From Myxococcales bacterium (lineage in GTDB: Bacteria > Myxococcota_A > UBA9160 > SZUA-336): a stretch of DNA of 64,000 bases. The notes under the pieces were generated by a model. That model was given only the letters and a program-made list of their open reading frames with translations. It was not told the DNA's origin and did no database searches. Numbering within the stretch: the stretch's first letter is position 1; the number at the start of each line of letters is the position of its first letter. The translations under genes were made by a program, and so were the position numbers. The stretch lies in assembly GCA_013215565.1 (NCBI GenBank), contig JABSQV010000023.1, forward strand, positions 111,442-175,441. Reading direction: 5' to 3'. Of the stretch, positions 41,055 to 50,564 are shown piece after piece.

Positions 41055-41570
41055 ATGAGACCTGGTCGAAGCCTGCTCTCGGCGTTCGGCGCGGCCGGCC
41101 TGGCCCTGGCTATGTGGACGCTCGCACCCGATGGCGCACTCGCGGATCGCGGCGCGCAGCCGACCTTCCGCGGTGGAGGTGGTGACGTCGCCGCGGGCCT
41201 CTACGAAGAGGCGCTCGAAAAGATTGCGGATGCGCGCTACCGGAAGGCCATCAAGCTCCTGAAGAAGGCCAGCCGCCGGGACTCGGGGAACCCCGACATT
41301 CTCAACATGCTCGCGTTCTCGGAGAGAAAACTCGGGAATCTCAAGGCTGCGTTCTCCTACTACGGGCGAGCGCTCGAACTTCGGCCGACCTTTCCCGAAG
41401 CGCGAGAGTACCTGGGCGAGGCGCACATCGATGCGGCGCTCCGCCAGCTCGCGCTGCTCAGGAGCTACGGCGAGGACGGCAAGCAGGCGCACGCCAGCCT
41501 GCTCGATGCGCTCAAGCGGGCCGCGGCCGGCGGCGACGCCGACGCGACCGGCCAGCCCCGCTCCTGGTAG
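41055..41570 (+). CDS. exported TPR-repeat protein
   Basis: Signal peptide LLSAFGAAGLALAMWTLAPDGALA and TPR-like helices (YRKAIKLLKKASRRDSGNPDILNMLAFSERKLGNLKAAFSYYGRALELRP). GGAGGA SD. Confidence 0.5.
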   Translation: MRPGRSLLSAFGAAGLALAMWTLAPDGALADRGAQPTFRGGGGDVAAGLYEEALEKIADARYRKAIKLLKKASRRDSGNPDILNMLAFSERKLGNLKAAFSYYGRALELRPTFPEAREYLGEAHIDAALRQLALLRSYGEDGKQAHASLLDALKRAAAGGDADATGQPRSW

Positions 41571-41612
41571 GGTCTGCGCCTGCTGCGGGCCCGGGGTTCC
41601 CCGGGCTGCGCG

Positions 41613-42227
41613 CTAGCGCGCGAGTAGCGCGTACATGATGTCCTGCGCGGTGGAACAGCTCGCGTTCTGGTTCATGCCCGTGAACAGGTTCCCGTCGCGC
41701 GTGCGGTAGTTCGTGAACAGCTCGTGCTCGCCCTCGTGATCCTCCTCGAAGATGGCTCCGACACGGCGGAGTTCCGTCTCGGGATGCTGGGGCGTGCAGG
41801 TGATTCCGAGTGCCTCTACCGCTTCATCGGTCACGCCCGTGACCCGCCGGCCCCGGAGAAGTGGCGCACCGCTCTCGTCTCGTGCCTGGATCAATCCCAG
41901 CGCCCCGTGGCAGACGGCCCCCAGAAGCGCGCCCGCCGCGTTTGCCTGGGTCATCTTTCGGCCCAGGACCTCCGAGGTCCCGAGATCCCGGGCCGCGCCC
42001 CATCCGCCCGCCAGGAAGACGACGTCGTAGTTCGTGAAGTCGATGTCGTCGATCCTGCGAGAACCTGCGACCTTCTCGAGCAGAACGCGATCCTGCAGGT
42101 AGCGCTCCCCGTATTCGGTCGCGAGCGGCCAGTCGGGGTGGAGTCCAAGCCCGCGGAGCAAACGCGGAAGACCGATCCAGACCACGGCCACGACGACCAA
42201 GAGCGCAATCACGGTCTTCTTGAGCAT
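41613..42227 (-). CDS. DJ-1/PfpI family protein (class I glutamine amidotransferase-like)
   Basis: N-terminal TM helix and ...AVCHGALGL... (Cys-His nucleophile elbow). ATG 42227 has a GGGAGAAG SD. Confidence 0.7.
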   Translation of the reverse strand: MLKKTVIALLVVVAVVWIGLPRLLRGLGLHPDWPLATEYGERYLQDRVLLEKVAGSRRIDDIDFTNYDVVFLAGGWGAARDLGTSEVLGRKMTQANAAGALLGAVCHGALGLIQARDESGAPLLRGRRVTGVTDEAVEALGITCTPQHPETELRRVGAIFEEDHEGEHELFTNYRTRDGNLFTGMNQNASCSTAQDIMYALLAR

Positions 42228-42267
42228 TTCTCGCTTCTCCCTTTCCGGGATCCATCCGGGGCGGACC

Positions 42268-43140
42268 ATGATGTCTCACTCGTCCCGTCCGAATACGATC
42301 TCGCTGAGATCCCGGCTGCTATCCTGGCGCGGAAAGGGAGGCGTTCTGTTCGGGTTCAAGAAGCGCCAGCGCCGACGACTTCGCGAGACGCCGCTGCGGC
42401 CCGAGGCCGTTGCGCTGCTCGAGCGGAATCTGCCGTATCTCGCAGCGCTTCCGCCGAAGGATCGCCGCGAACTCCAGGGGCTGGTCCAGATTTTCCTCGC
42501 CGAGAAGTCGTTCACGGGTTGCGGCGGGCTCGAGATCACTGAAGAGATTCGGCTCACGATCGCGGCCCAGGCATGCATGCTGCTGCTTCGGCGAAAGATC
42601 GACCGCGTCTATCCCGGTCTGTACAGCGTCCTCGTCTATCCCTCCGCCTACATCGCCCGGGCGCCCCGGCTCGGGGCGGGCGGGATCATGATCGAAGGCC
42701 GGCAGGTTCGGCTGGGCGAATCCTGGGACCGCGGCAGCCTGGTGCTCTCGTGGGACGACGTGCAGCAGGGAGCGGCCGACGTCCACGATGGGCACAACGT
42801 CGTCTTTCACGAGTTCGCGCATCAACTCGACCAGCAGGCGGGTGGGGGCCCCGGGGCGCCCGAGCTCGGCAGTCGCTCGCGCTACATCGCGTGGGCGCGG
42901 GCGCTCGGAAACGAGTACGAGGAACTCACGCGTGCGGTGTACGCGCATCGCAATACCCTGATCGACAGCTACGGCGCGACCAATCCCGCCGAGTTCTTTG
43001 CGGTCGTGACGGAGTGTTTCTTTGAAAAAGGCGTGCAGCTCCGGAAGCGGCACCCCGAGGTCTACCAGCAGCTATGCGGCTTTTACGCTCGGGATCCTGC
43101 GGCGCTCGAACTCGGTGAAGCGGAGCAGATCCCGTCCTGA
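42268..43140 (+). CDS. zinc-dependent peptidase, M90 (MtfA-like) family
   Basis: ...VVFHEFAHQLD... (HExxH) and ...NPAEFFAVVTECFFE... as in MtfA. Confidence 0.7.
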   Translation: MMSHSSRPNTISLRSRLLSWRGKGGVLFGFKKRQRRRLRETPLRPEAVALLERNLPYLAALPPKDRRELQGLVQIFLAEKSFTGCGGLEITEEIRLTIAAQACMLLLRRKIDRVYPGLYSVLVYPSAYIARAPRLGAGGIMIEGRQVRLGESWDRGSLVLSWDDVQQGAADVHDGHNVVFHEFAHQLDQQAGGGPGAPELGSRSRYIAWARALGNEYEELTRAVYAHRNTLIDSYGATNPAEFFAVVTECFFEKGVQLRKRHPEVYQQLCGFYARDPAALELGEAEQIPS

Positions 43141-43168
43141 GTGCGCACACTGCGGGCGCTGCCGCGGC

Positions 43169-44749
43169 TCAGCTCCCGGGCAGGACGCCGGGTCTCGCGA
43201 TGTCGCTGTAGCGCAGCAGGGAGTCCGTCAGGCGCTCGCCGAGGTGGAAGCGGCGGTCGCGACCCTCCGGACGGCTGGCCAGGTTCGTGAGTTCCTGCGG
43301 GTCGCCCTCGAGGTCGAAGACTTCGACCTCGCCCGTCGAGTAGCGCGAGATCCGGCCCGCGTCGGAGATCAGTGTCCGGGTCTGAGCCGGCAGGAGCGGC
43401 ATCCGCGCGTGGTTCGGAAAGTCGTCTTCGATGTAGACGTGATCGCGAACCGAGGCCGCAGGGTCCTCGAGCACGGGTCCGAGGCTCACTCCCTGCATTC
43501 CGTCGTAGGGCTCGAGTTCGCATAGCTCGAGTACGGTCTGGGCGAGGTCGAGGCTCGAGACCAGTGAGTGCGTACGCGCATGCGCCTGGCCGGGCCGCGC
43601 GATCACGAGCGGTACGCGCAGGCAGCCCTGATAGTGCATCCAGCCTTTCAGCATCAAGCCGTGGTCGCCGAACATGTCGCCGTGATCGCTGGTGAAGATC
43701 ACGATCGTGTCGTTGGCGGCGCCGGAGCGTTCGAGCCCGGTCAGAAGCTGGCCGACCCCTTGGTCGACCAGCTCGAGCATGCCGTACTCGGCCGCGCGTG
43801 CGTGACGGACCTGGTCGCGCGTCGGGCCGAACATCTGCACGGGATTTCGGCCGGGCTTGAGCCCGCGAAACGCGCGCAGGTGCCGGGGTGCGTCTTCGAG
43901 CGGATCGTCGAAGGTCTCCGAAACTGGCATCAGCTCGGGGTCGTACGCGTCCCACCAGTCCCCGGGGGGCGTGAACGGGTGGTGCGGATCAGGGTAGGAG
44001 CACTGCAGGAACCACGGCTCCGAAGCCGCGGCGGCCTTTTCGATCCAGGCGATGCTCCGCTGCGTGACGAAGGTCGTCGAATACAGTGATTCGGGGACCG
44101 TGGGCTGATACACCTGCCACCAGTCTGCGTAGCGGGTTCGGGCCGGGCGCTCCGGTCCCCATTCGCCGCTCAGGGCTTCGAGTTCGCCGCCCCGCTCGAG
44201 CGCCCAGCGCAGGTGGTGGCCGCCCACGATGTCGCCGTGGCCGATCGCGAACTCGACGTGACCGAAGCCGTAGAAGTCGTCCGGGACCTCGACCGGGCCG
44301 CGCCAGTAGCGCTCGGGATGTTCCCAGGTGTCCCAGCCTTCCGTGTAGGGATCGCCCAGGGCGGGTTCCTGTTCCGGGACCGGGGCCTGGTCCGCGCTCA
44401 GTCCGTGCTGAATGTGCGACTTTCCGACCAGGGCGGTCTGGTAACCCGCCCCGCGCATCACGCGCACGAAGGTATTCGCGCTCCAGGCGAGCGAACGATC
44501 GTTGAACAGCACGCCGTGTGCGGTCGGGACGCGCCCCGTGAGGATGCTGCAGCGATTCGGCATACAGATCGGATTTGCGACGTAGCAGCGGTCGAACTGG
44601 GTTCCGCGCGCCGCCAGGGCATCCAGGTTCGGTGTGCGCAGAATCTCGTTGCCACCGAAGCCGACGTGATCGGCCCGCTGCTGATCGGTGATGATCAGGA
44701 GCACGTTCGGGCGCTTCGCGCGTGGGGATGCGCTGGCTTCGGGCGTCAT
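43169..44749 (-). CDS. sulfatase (arylsulfatase family)
   Basis: ...NVLLIITDQQRADHVG..., CMPNRCS (CxPxR formylglycine motif), ...GKSHI.... No obvious signal peptide. Confidence 0.85.
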   Translation of the reverse strand: MTPEASASPRAKRPNVLLIITDQQRADHVGFGGNEILRTPNLDALAARGTQFDRCYVANPICMPNRCSILTGRVPTAHGVLFNDRSLAWSANTFVRVMRGAGYQTALVGKSHIQHGLSADQAPVPEQEPALGDPYTEGWDTWEHPERYWRGPVEVPDDFYGFGHVEFAIGHGDIVGGHHLRWALERGGELEALSGEWGPERPARTRYADWWQVYQPTVPESLYSTTFVTQRSIAWIEKAAAASEPWFLQCSYPDPHHPFTPPGDWWDAYDPELMPVSETFDDPLEDAPRHLRAFRGLKPGRNPVQMFGPTRDQVRHARAAEYGMLELVDQGVGQLLTGLERSGAANDTIVIFTSDHGDMFGDHGLMLKGWMHYQGCLRVPLVIARPGQAHARTHSLVSSLDLAQTVLELCELEPYDGMQGVSLGPVLEDPAASVRDHVYIEDDFPNHARMPLLPAQTRTLISDAGRISRYSTGEVEVFDLEGDPQELTNLASRPEGRDRRFHLGERLTDSLLRYSDIARPGVLPGS

Positions 44750-44783
44750 TATTGATCACTCCCTTTTCGCTGACCCCGCGGGG

Positions 44784-45239
44784 TCAGGCCGGGGGGGTGC
44801 CGTCTTCCGGGCCCTTCTCGCGCACGGCGTAGAGCACGCGGCCGCGCGCGCAGAGGCGGTCCCGGTCGTCGAGAACGCTCACCTCGATCACGGCGATCCG
44901 GCGTCCCTTGCGAAGTACCGCGGCCTCGACGAACACGCGCTCGCCGACCGCCGGCCGCAGATAGCTGAGGTTCAGGTCGATCGTGCCCCCGGGCTGCTCC
45001 TTTTCCGAGAACATCGGCAGTACCGCTTCGAGCATCGCGATGTCGGCGAGCGACGCGAGGATTCCCCCGTGAATGCTGCCGTGGATTCCCCCGCTCACAT
45101 TCGGCCCGGTCGCCAGGCTGAGCCGCGCGAATCCGGGTTTGCGCTGCTCGACTTCGACGCCGAGAAAGCGAAAGTAGGGCGACTGCGCGAACGGGCTTCG
45201 CGCGAAGCCCCGGGTCGTCTCTCCGTCTTCGGCCGGCAT
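44784..45239 (-). CDS. PaaI-family (hotdog fold) thioesterase
   Basis: ...GGIHGSIHGGILASLADIA.... Confidence 0.7.
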   Translation of the reverse strand: MPAEDGETTRGFARSPFAQSPYFRFLGVEVEQRKPGFARLSLATGPNVSGGIHGSIHGGILASLADIAMLEAVLPMFSEKEQPGGTIDLNLSYLRPAVGERVFVEAAVLRKGRRIAVIEVSVLDDRDRLCARGRVLYAVREKGPEDGTPPA

Positions 45240-45287
45240 GGCTGGCAGGCTAGCACCGCATGGGGAAAGGTTCCGGCACGCGTTGCG

Positions 45288-46229
45288 TCAGGAGAACCTG
45301 CGCCGCAACCAGTCGAGCATCAGTCCGGAAAGCTCCTCGGGCTTCTCCTGCTGGGTCCAGTGACCGCAGGCCTCGATCGTGTGCATCTCGAGGTCCGAGC
45401 AGAGCGCGGGCATGCCGGAGGCCAGCTCGGGCGGGAGCGCCCGGTCCCAGGCGGCCCCGATCTGGAGGCAGGGCAGGTCGAGCTTCCGAACGCCGATCTC
45501 CGGGACCAGTTCCTTGTTGCGATCGATGTTGCGATACCAGCTGACCGGGCCGAAGAAGCCGGACTTCTCGAAGCCCCGGGCATAGATCTCGATCTCTTCC
45601 TCGCTGAGCAGCGGTTCGCCCAGATCTTCGAGTTCCGCGAGCCGCCGGAAGGGATTCGCGTCGCCCGTCTCGACGAGCGACTCCGCGGGCGGCGTGCCTC
45701 TGCGCATCAGCTTCTCGAAGACGAGCCTCGGTTCGCGTTCCAGGACCGACTCCGCGATGCCCGGTTCCTGGAACCAGAGGATGTAGAGCTTCTCGGGGTC
45801 CGGGAATGCGGCGCGCAGCAGGTCAGTCGTCGGAAACGGGACGTAGGGTGTGTTGACGCCGATCACGCCCAGACAACGTTCCGGGTAGAGGAGCGGCATG
45901 GCCCAGGCCACGAAGCCGCCCCAGTCGTGTCCCGCAAACACCGCGCGCTCGATCTCGAGGGCATCGAGCAGGAACACGAGATCGCCTGTGAGATGCGCGA
46001 GGTCGTAGGCTTCGACGGTCCGCGGCGCGCCGCTCTCGCCGTAGCCGCGCTGGTCGGGCGCGATCGCGCGAAAGCCTCCCCGGGCCAGTGCGTTCAGCTG
46101 GTGTCGCCAGGAGTAGGCCAGTTCGGGAAAGCCGTGGCAGAGCACGACGGCGGGTCCGGTCCCGTCCTCGTGGACGCACAGGCTCTGGTCGGGCAATTCG
46201 AACAGGCGTCCGGGCGGAAATGTCGGCAT
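45288..46229 (-). CDS. alpha/beta hydrolase (epoxide hydrolase-like)
   Basis: ...VVLCHGFPELAYSWRHQL..., GHDWGG nucleophile elbow, and a C-terminal HW. ATG 46229 has a GGAGAGGAGG SD. Confidence 0.8.
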   Translation of the reverse strand: MPTFPPGRLFELPDQSLCVHEDGTGPAVVLCHGFPELAYSWRHQLNALARGGFRAIAPDQRGYGESGAPRTVEAYDLAHLTGDLVFLLDALEIERAVFAGHDWGGFVAWAMPLLYPERCLGVIGVNTPYVPFPTTDLLRAAFPDPEKLYILWFQEPGIAESVLEREPRLVFEKLMRRGTPPAESLVETGDANPFRRLAELEDLGEPLLSEEEIEIYARGFEKSGFFGPVSWYRNIDRNKELVPEIGVRKLDLPCLQIGAAWDRALPPELASGMPALCSDLEMHTIEACGHWTQQEKPEELSGLMLDWLRRRFS

Positions 46230-46332
46230 CTGCGGGGCCTCCTCTCCAGGCGCAATCATGCCACAAGCCCGCGTGTGGCAGGCGGGCGCGCCCGGAGAGC
46301 TGACCGCGGCCATTCTCTAGTATGCTGCGCGC

Positions 46333-47217
46333 ATGGAGTACTCGATCTGCATTCCCTACATGGAAGCGGGCTACGATCGCGGCACCACGCTCGACTGGTG
46401 TCGAGAGGTCGACGCGGGTCCGTTTGCGACGCTCTCGTGCGGAGAGCGTGTCATCTCCTACAGCCAGGATATGCGCGTGATCCTTTCCGCGGCCGCGGCG
46501 CTCACCGAGCGCGTGCGGATCATGCCGTCGCTGTACGTGCTGCCCGCTCACGCGCCGGTGCGCGCTGCGAAGGAGATCGCGACGCTGGACGTGCTCTCGG
46601 GCGGCCGAGTGCGGGTCGGGGTCGGGGTGGGAGGGCGCGAACAGGACTACCGTGCCGTGGGCGCTTCTTTCGAACGCCGCCACCAGCGGCTCGATGATGC
46701 CGTAGCCGAGATGCGCCGGGTCTGGAGCGGGGCCCCGGTCTTCGAAGGCGGCGATCCCGTGGGGCCGGCGCCGGTTCAGGCCGGCGGTCCCCCGATCTAC
46801 GCGGGCTCGATGGGTCCGAAGGCGATCGCGCGTGCGGCCCGCTGGGCGGACGGGCTCTACGGGTTCACGGTGAACGCGGATCCGGCCCCGGCAGGCGCGC
46901 AGTTCGACTGGGCGCGCAGCGCGTGGCAGGAGGCCGGGCGCGAGCAGGCGCCACGGCTGATGACGGGCTTCTGGTACTCACTTGCCGACGACGCGGCGAC
47001 GAAGCTCGAGCGCTACGTGTTCGAGTACCTGAAGGTGGCCGGGACCGAGATCGCGCGCGCAATGGCCGCGAACATGGTCGCGAACAACCCCGACACGATT
47101 CTGCGCGCGATCGACGCGATCGAGGAACTCGGCTGCGACGAACTCTTCTTCGTCCCCGCGACGCTGGAGCTGACCGAACTCGAACGGCTCTCGAAGCTGC
47201 TCGCAACGCGCGGCTAG
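46333..47217 (+). CDS. LLM-class flavin-dependent oxidoreductase
   Basis: Luciferase-like TIM barrel (...LDVLSGGRVRVGVGVGG...). Confidence 0.65.
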   Translation: MEYSICIPYMEAGYDRGTTLDWCREVDAGPFATLSCGERVISYSQDMRVILSAAAALTERVRIMPSLYVLPAHAPVRAAKEIATLDVLSGGRVRVGVGVGGREQDYRAVGASFERRHQRLDDAVAEMRRVWSGAPVFEGGDPVGPAPVQAGGPPIYAGSMGPKAIARAARWADGLYGFTVNADPAPAGAQFDWARSAWQEAGREQAPRLMTGFWYSLADDAATKLERYVFEYLKVAGTEIARAMAANMVANNPDTILRAIDAIEELGCDELFFVPATLELTELERLSKLLATRG

Positions 47218-48122
47218 GGAGCGGGTCCGGGCAGTCGGCCTCCGCCGGGGGGCGAGCCGTCCAGGGCGAGCGTTCGGAAGTCTCGCAGTTGCGCATCGTC
47301 GAGGCCGAGCGCCTCGCGTCGGTACCGGTCGAACGATTGGTACTCCTGGTCGATCGCGTCGAACGCGGCCTCGAGATAGCGGCGCTCCACGCCGAGCACG
47401 GGGCGCAGTTGCTCGCCGTCGATCCGAAACAGCGAGAAGATTCGCGCCCGGAGGATCGTGCGCTCGATCTTCTCGGCCGTGTAGTGATTCGTGAGCAGAA
47501 AGTCGTCGTAGATCGTTTCGAGCGGGACGCCCAGGCTGCGGAGGATCAGGGCCGAGGCGAACCCGGCCCGGTCCTTTCCGGCGGTACAGTGCACCAGGGC
47601 CGGGAGGTTTTCGGGTTGCGTGATTCGCGCGAACATCGCTGCGTAGCGATCCGCGAAGCGGATGGCAAAGAGCCGGTTCCCGCGGACCAGGAGTCCTGCG
47701 AGGTCCATGTCTTCGATGTCCCCTGACTGGATCTTTTCGCGCAGCGATCCGGCCGAGAAGCTCTCGTCCCAGACTTCGAGTTCTGCGACCTCGGGTGGAT
47801 TCACGGCCGGGAGCCGGTCGGGCTCCTCGGCGCGTTCCTCGGGCCCGCGGAAGTCGCAGACGAGCCGGATGCCGAGTTCTCCGAAGCGCTCGAGGTCGGC
47901 ATCGCTCAGGTGGTGGAGGTTGTCGGAACGGAAGAGGAGGCCCCACTTTACGCTGCGGCCATCCTCGGTGGCGTAGCCCCCCAGATCCCGGAAATTCGGG
48001 GCGCCCTCGAGCGCCAGGTGTCGGCGCTCCACGTGCGCGGGCATGCCGGCGTAGAGTTCGGGCGCGTCCGAACACGCCGGCGCGACACCGAGCAGCACCC
48101 ACCCGATGGCCATCCCTCGCAT
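47214..48122 (-). CDS. protein-tyrosine phosphatase family protein
   Basis: Signal/lipoprotein-like N-terminus and the CX5R catalytic loop VHCTAGKDRAG. Confidence 0.7.
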   Translation of the reverse strand: MRGMAIGWVLLGVAPACSDAPELYAGMPAHVERRHLALEGAPNFRDLGGYATEDGRSVKWGLLFRSDNLHHLSDADLERFGELGIRLVCDFRGPEERAEEPDRLPAVNPPEVAELEVWDESFSAGSLREKIQSGDIEDMDLAGLLVRGNRLFAIRFADRYAAMFARITQPENLPALVHCTAGKDRAGFASALILRSLGVPLETIYDDFLLTNHYTAEKIERTILRARIFSLFRIDGEQLRPVLGVERRYLEAAFDAIDQEYQSFDRYRREALGLDDAQLRDFRTLALDGSPPGGGRLPGPAP

Positions 48123-48192
48123 TGCGCTTCCTTCCGCTGTTTGGAGCGCCTGCGGCACCCTCGCGACCGGGGCCGCATGATATCGTAGCCGC

Positions 48193-49353
48193 ATGAGCTA
48201 CGCGGGGGAGCGGCGCATCCTGGATGCCGACAGCCATCTGATGGAGTTGCCCGACTTTCTCTCAGAGCACGCGGATCCGGGGATCCGCGACCGCCTGCCC
48301 GACGTGGCCGGCATATCGGAGATGTTCGGGATCGAGAACATTGATGTCGGCCGCCACGGGGACGTTCACGCGCACCCCGACGCGGTGGTCGCGGCACTCG
48401 AGGCGCGGGGAAGCGCGCTCCTGCGCGGCCCGAAGTGGTACGACGCGCTCGGCGCCTTCAATGGCGCGGAACGCGGACGAGCACTCGATCTGCTCGGATT
48501 CGAGCGCCAGATCGTGTTTTCGTCGATCACGGGCGGAGCGCTGTTCGGCGTTTCCGATCTCGATACCGTGTACGGCGGGCTGCGTGCGCACAATCGTGCC
48601 GTCGCCGCCTTCTGTTCCGCGGACGCGCGCCTGGTCGGTGCCGCTGCGGTGGTGCTAGACGACGTCGCGCGGGCCCTGGACGAGATCGACGCCTCGTTGG
48701 AACTCGGGCTAGGCGTGATCTGGATTCCGGCGCGCGCGCCGGGCGGCCGCTCCCCGGGTCATCCCGACCACGATCCGATCTGGGCCCGGCTCGAGCAGGC
48801 CCGCGTCCCCTTCGTGCTGCACGTCGGCAGCGCGCCGTTGACGATCGCGGACGAGTGGATGAACGATGGGCGCCCCGAAACGCGCACGGCGCGCGGCGGA
48901 GCCGAGGTGATCGGGTCCAAGGATCTCTGTGTCATCTATCACGCTCCGGAACGGTTTCTTTCGATCCTGGTGCTGGACGGGGTGCTCGAGCGCTTTCCCG
49001 GGCTACACGGTGGCTGCATGGAACTCGGCGCAGGCTGGGTCCCGGCGATGATCCGGCGCCTCGACCACGCAGTCGAGATCTGGTCGCGCTCGGAGCCCCA
49101 GCTCGCGGAGATGAAGCGCCCGCCGTCCGAGCAGGTCCGCGCGCAGCTTCGCTTTACCCCGTACCCGTTCGAAGACGTGGGCCAGCTGATCCGCGAGTCG
49201 AGCGACGAACTCTATCTCTTCTCGAGCGACTACCCACACGCCGAGGGCGGTCGCGATCCGCTCGCGCGTTTCGAGCGCGCGCTGGAGGGCATCGGAGAAG
49301 AATCGAAGGACCGCTTCTACGCCCGTAACCTGGATCTCCTTCTGGGATCCTGA
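48193..49353 (+). CDS. amidohydrolase family protein (metal-dependent hydrolase, amidohydrolase_2)
   Basis: N-terminal ...LDADSHL... and TIM-barrel amidohydrolase pattern. Confidence 0.65.
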   Translation: MSYAGERRILDADSHLMELPDFLSEHADPGIRDRLPDVAGISEMFGIENIDVGRHGDVHAHPDAVVAALEARGSALLRGPKWYDALGAFNGAERGRALDLLGFERQIVFSSITGGALFGVSDLDTVYGGLRAHNRAVAAFCSADARLVGAAAVVLDDVARALDEIDASLELGLGVIWIPARAPGGRSPGHPDHDPIWARLEQARVPFVLHVGSAPLTIADEWMNDGRPETRTARGGAEVIGSKDLCVIYHAPERFLSILVLDGVLERFPGLHGGCMELGAGWVPAMIRRLDHAVEIWSRSEPQLAEMKRPPSEQVRAQLRFTPYPFEDVGQLIRESSDELYLFSSDYPHAEGGRDPLARFERALEGIGEESKDRFYARNLDLLLGS

Positions 49354-49361
49354 GGCGGGCC

Positions 49362-50162
49362 ATGTTCGTCGAGATCGAAAAGCCGCGCCCAGCGGTTCGC
49401 GTGATCAGGCTGAACCGGCCTGACCGTCTGAACGCGCTCTCCTTCGAGGTCGTGGAGCCACTCTACGAGGCATTCCGGAGCGTGGCATCCGACAACGAGT
49501 GCCAGGTCGTGATTCTGACGGGCGCTGGACGCGGATTCTGTTCGGGCCTCGACCTGGAGTCGACCGGGCTGCCGCCCAACGCCGAGGGCCTGAGCATGTC
49601 CCGGATCGCGATCCGGGCCATGGAGTACATGTCGGACCTGGTTCCCGCCATGCGCGCGCTCCCGCAGCCCGTGATCGCGGCCATCAACGGACCCGCCTAC
49701 GGCGGCGGACTGTGTCTGATCCTGGGTGCGGATATCCGGATCGCGGCCGAGTCCGCGACCTTTCGGGGCGCCGGGATCAACAACGGACTGACCGGGACCG
49801 AACTCGGTGTGAGCTTCCTGCTCCCGCGCGCGATCGGGGCCTCGCGCGCCTTCGAGATCATCCTGAGCGGCCGCGAGCTGGATGCCGTCGAGGCGGAGCG
49901 GATCGGGCTGGTCTCGCGCATCGTGCCTGATGCGCAGCTGCTCGAGAGCGCCCTCGAGTTGTCCGACCAGATCTGCGGCTACAGCACGCACGGGGTCGCG
50001 ATGACCAAGAAGGTACTCTGGTCGAACCTCGAGAGCGGAAGTCTCACCCAGGCGATCGATCTCGAGAACCGTAACCAGCTGCTGGTCCGGATGACGACCG
50101 AGAATCTCGACGAGGCGATCCGGGCCCGGCGCGACGGCCGGAAGCCGGACTATCTCGACTGA
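49362..50162 (+). CDS. enoyl-CoA hydratase/isomerase (crotonase) family protein
   Basis: ...VILTGAGRGFCSGLDL...AAINGPAYGGGLCLILGADIRIAAE.... Confidence 0.85.
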   Translation: MFVEIEKPRPAVRVIRLNRPDRLNALSFEVVEPLYEAFRSVASDNECQVVILTGAGRGFCSGLDLESTGLPPNAEGLSMSRIAIRAMEYMSDLVPAMRALPQPVIAAINGPAYGGGLCLILGADIRIAAESATFRGAGINNGLTGTELGVSFLLPRAIGASRAFEIILSGRELDAVEAERIGLVSRIVPDAQLLESALELSDQICGYSTHGVAMTKKVLWSNLESGSLTQAIDLENRNQLLVRMTTENLDEAIRARRDGRKPDYLD

Positions 50163-50176
50163 GGGGGGATCTTTCG

Positions 50177-50554
50177 ATGAGCTCGAATTCCGAGATCGTG
50201 CGCGACTTCGTCGCCGCTTGTAACGCCAACGACCTGGAGCGGATGCTGGCCTTCTTCGATCCCGAGTGTGTCTATCACAACATCCCGCTCGAGCCTGTTG
50301 CCGGGATCGACGGCATCCGTGGAGTGCTCGCGGGATTCATGGGCATGGCGCAGAAGGTGGACTGGGTCATCCACCAGCTCGCCGAGAACGCCGAGGGCGT
50401 GGTGCTCACCGAGCGTACCGACCGCTTTCTCGTCGGAGAGAACTGGGTCGAGCTTCCGGTCATGGGGGCGTTCGAGCTTCGCGAGGGCAAGATCGTGGGC
50501 TGGCGCGACTATTTCGATATGAAGCAATTCCAGTCGCAGCTCGCGGGCGAGTGA
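50177..50554 (+). CDS. SnoaL-like/limonene-1,2-epoxide hydrolase family protein
   Basis: 125 aa; ...IVRDFVAACNANDLERMLAFFDPECVYHNIP... NTF2-like fold pattern. Confidence 0.55.
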   Translation: MSSNSEIVRDFVAACNANDLERMLAFFDPECVYHNIPLEPVAGIDGIRGVLAGFMGMAQKVDWVIHQLAENAEGVVLTERTDRFLVGENWVELPVMGAFELREGKIVGWRDYFDMKQFQSQLAGE

Positions 50555-50564
50555 TCGAGGACGA

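Noticed and set aside
44688-46697. 669-aa plus-strand ORF antisense to the thioesterase and alpha/beta hydrolase
   Set aside because: Low-complexity antisense artefact.
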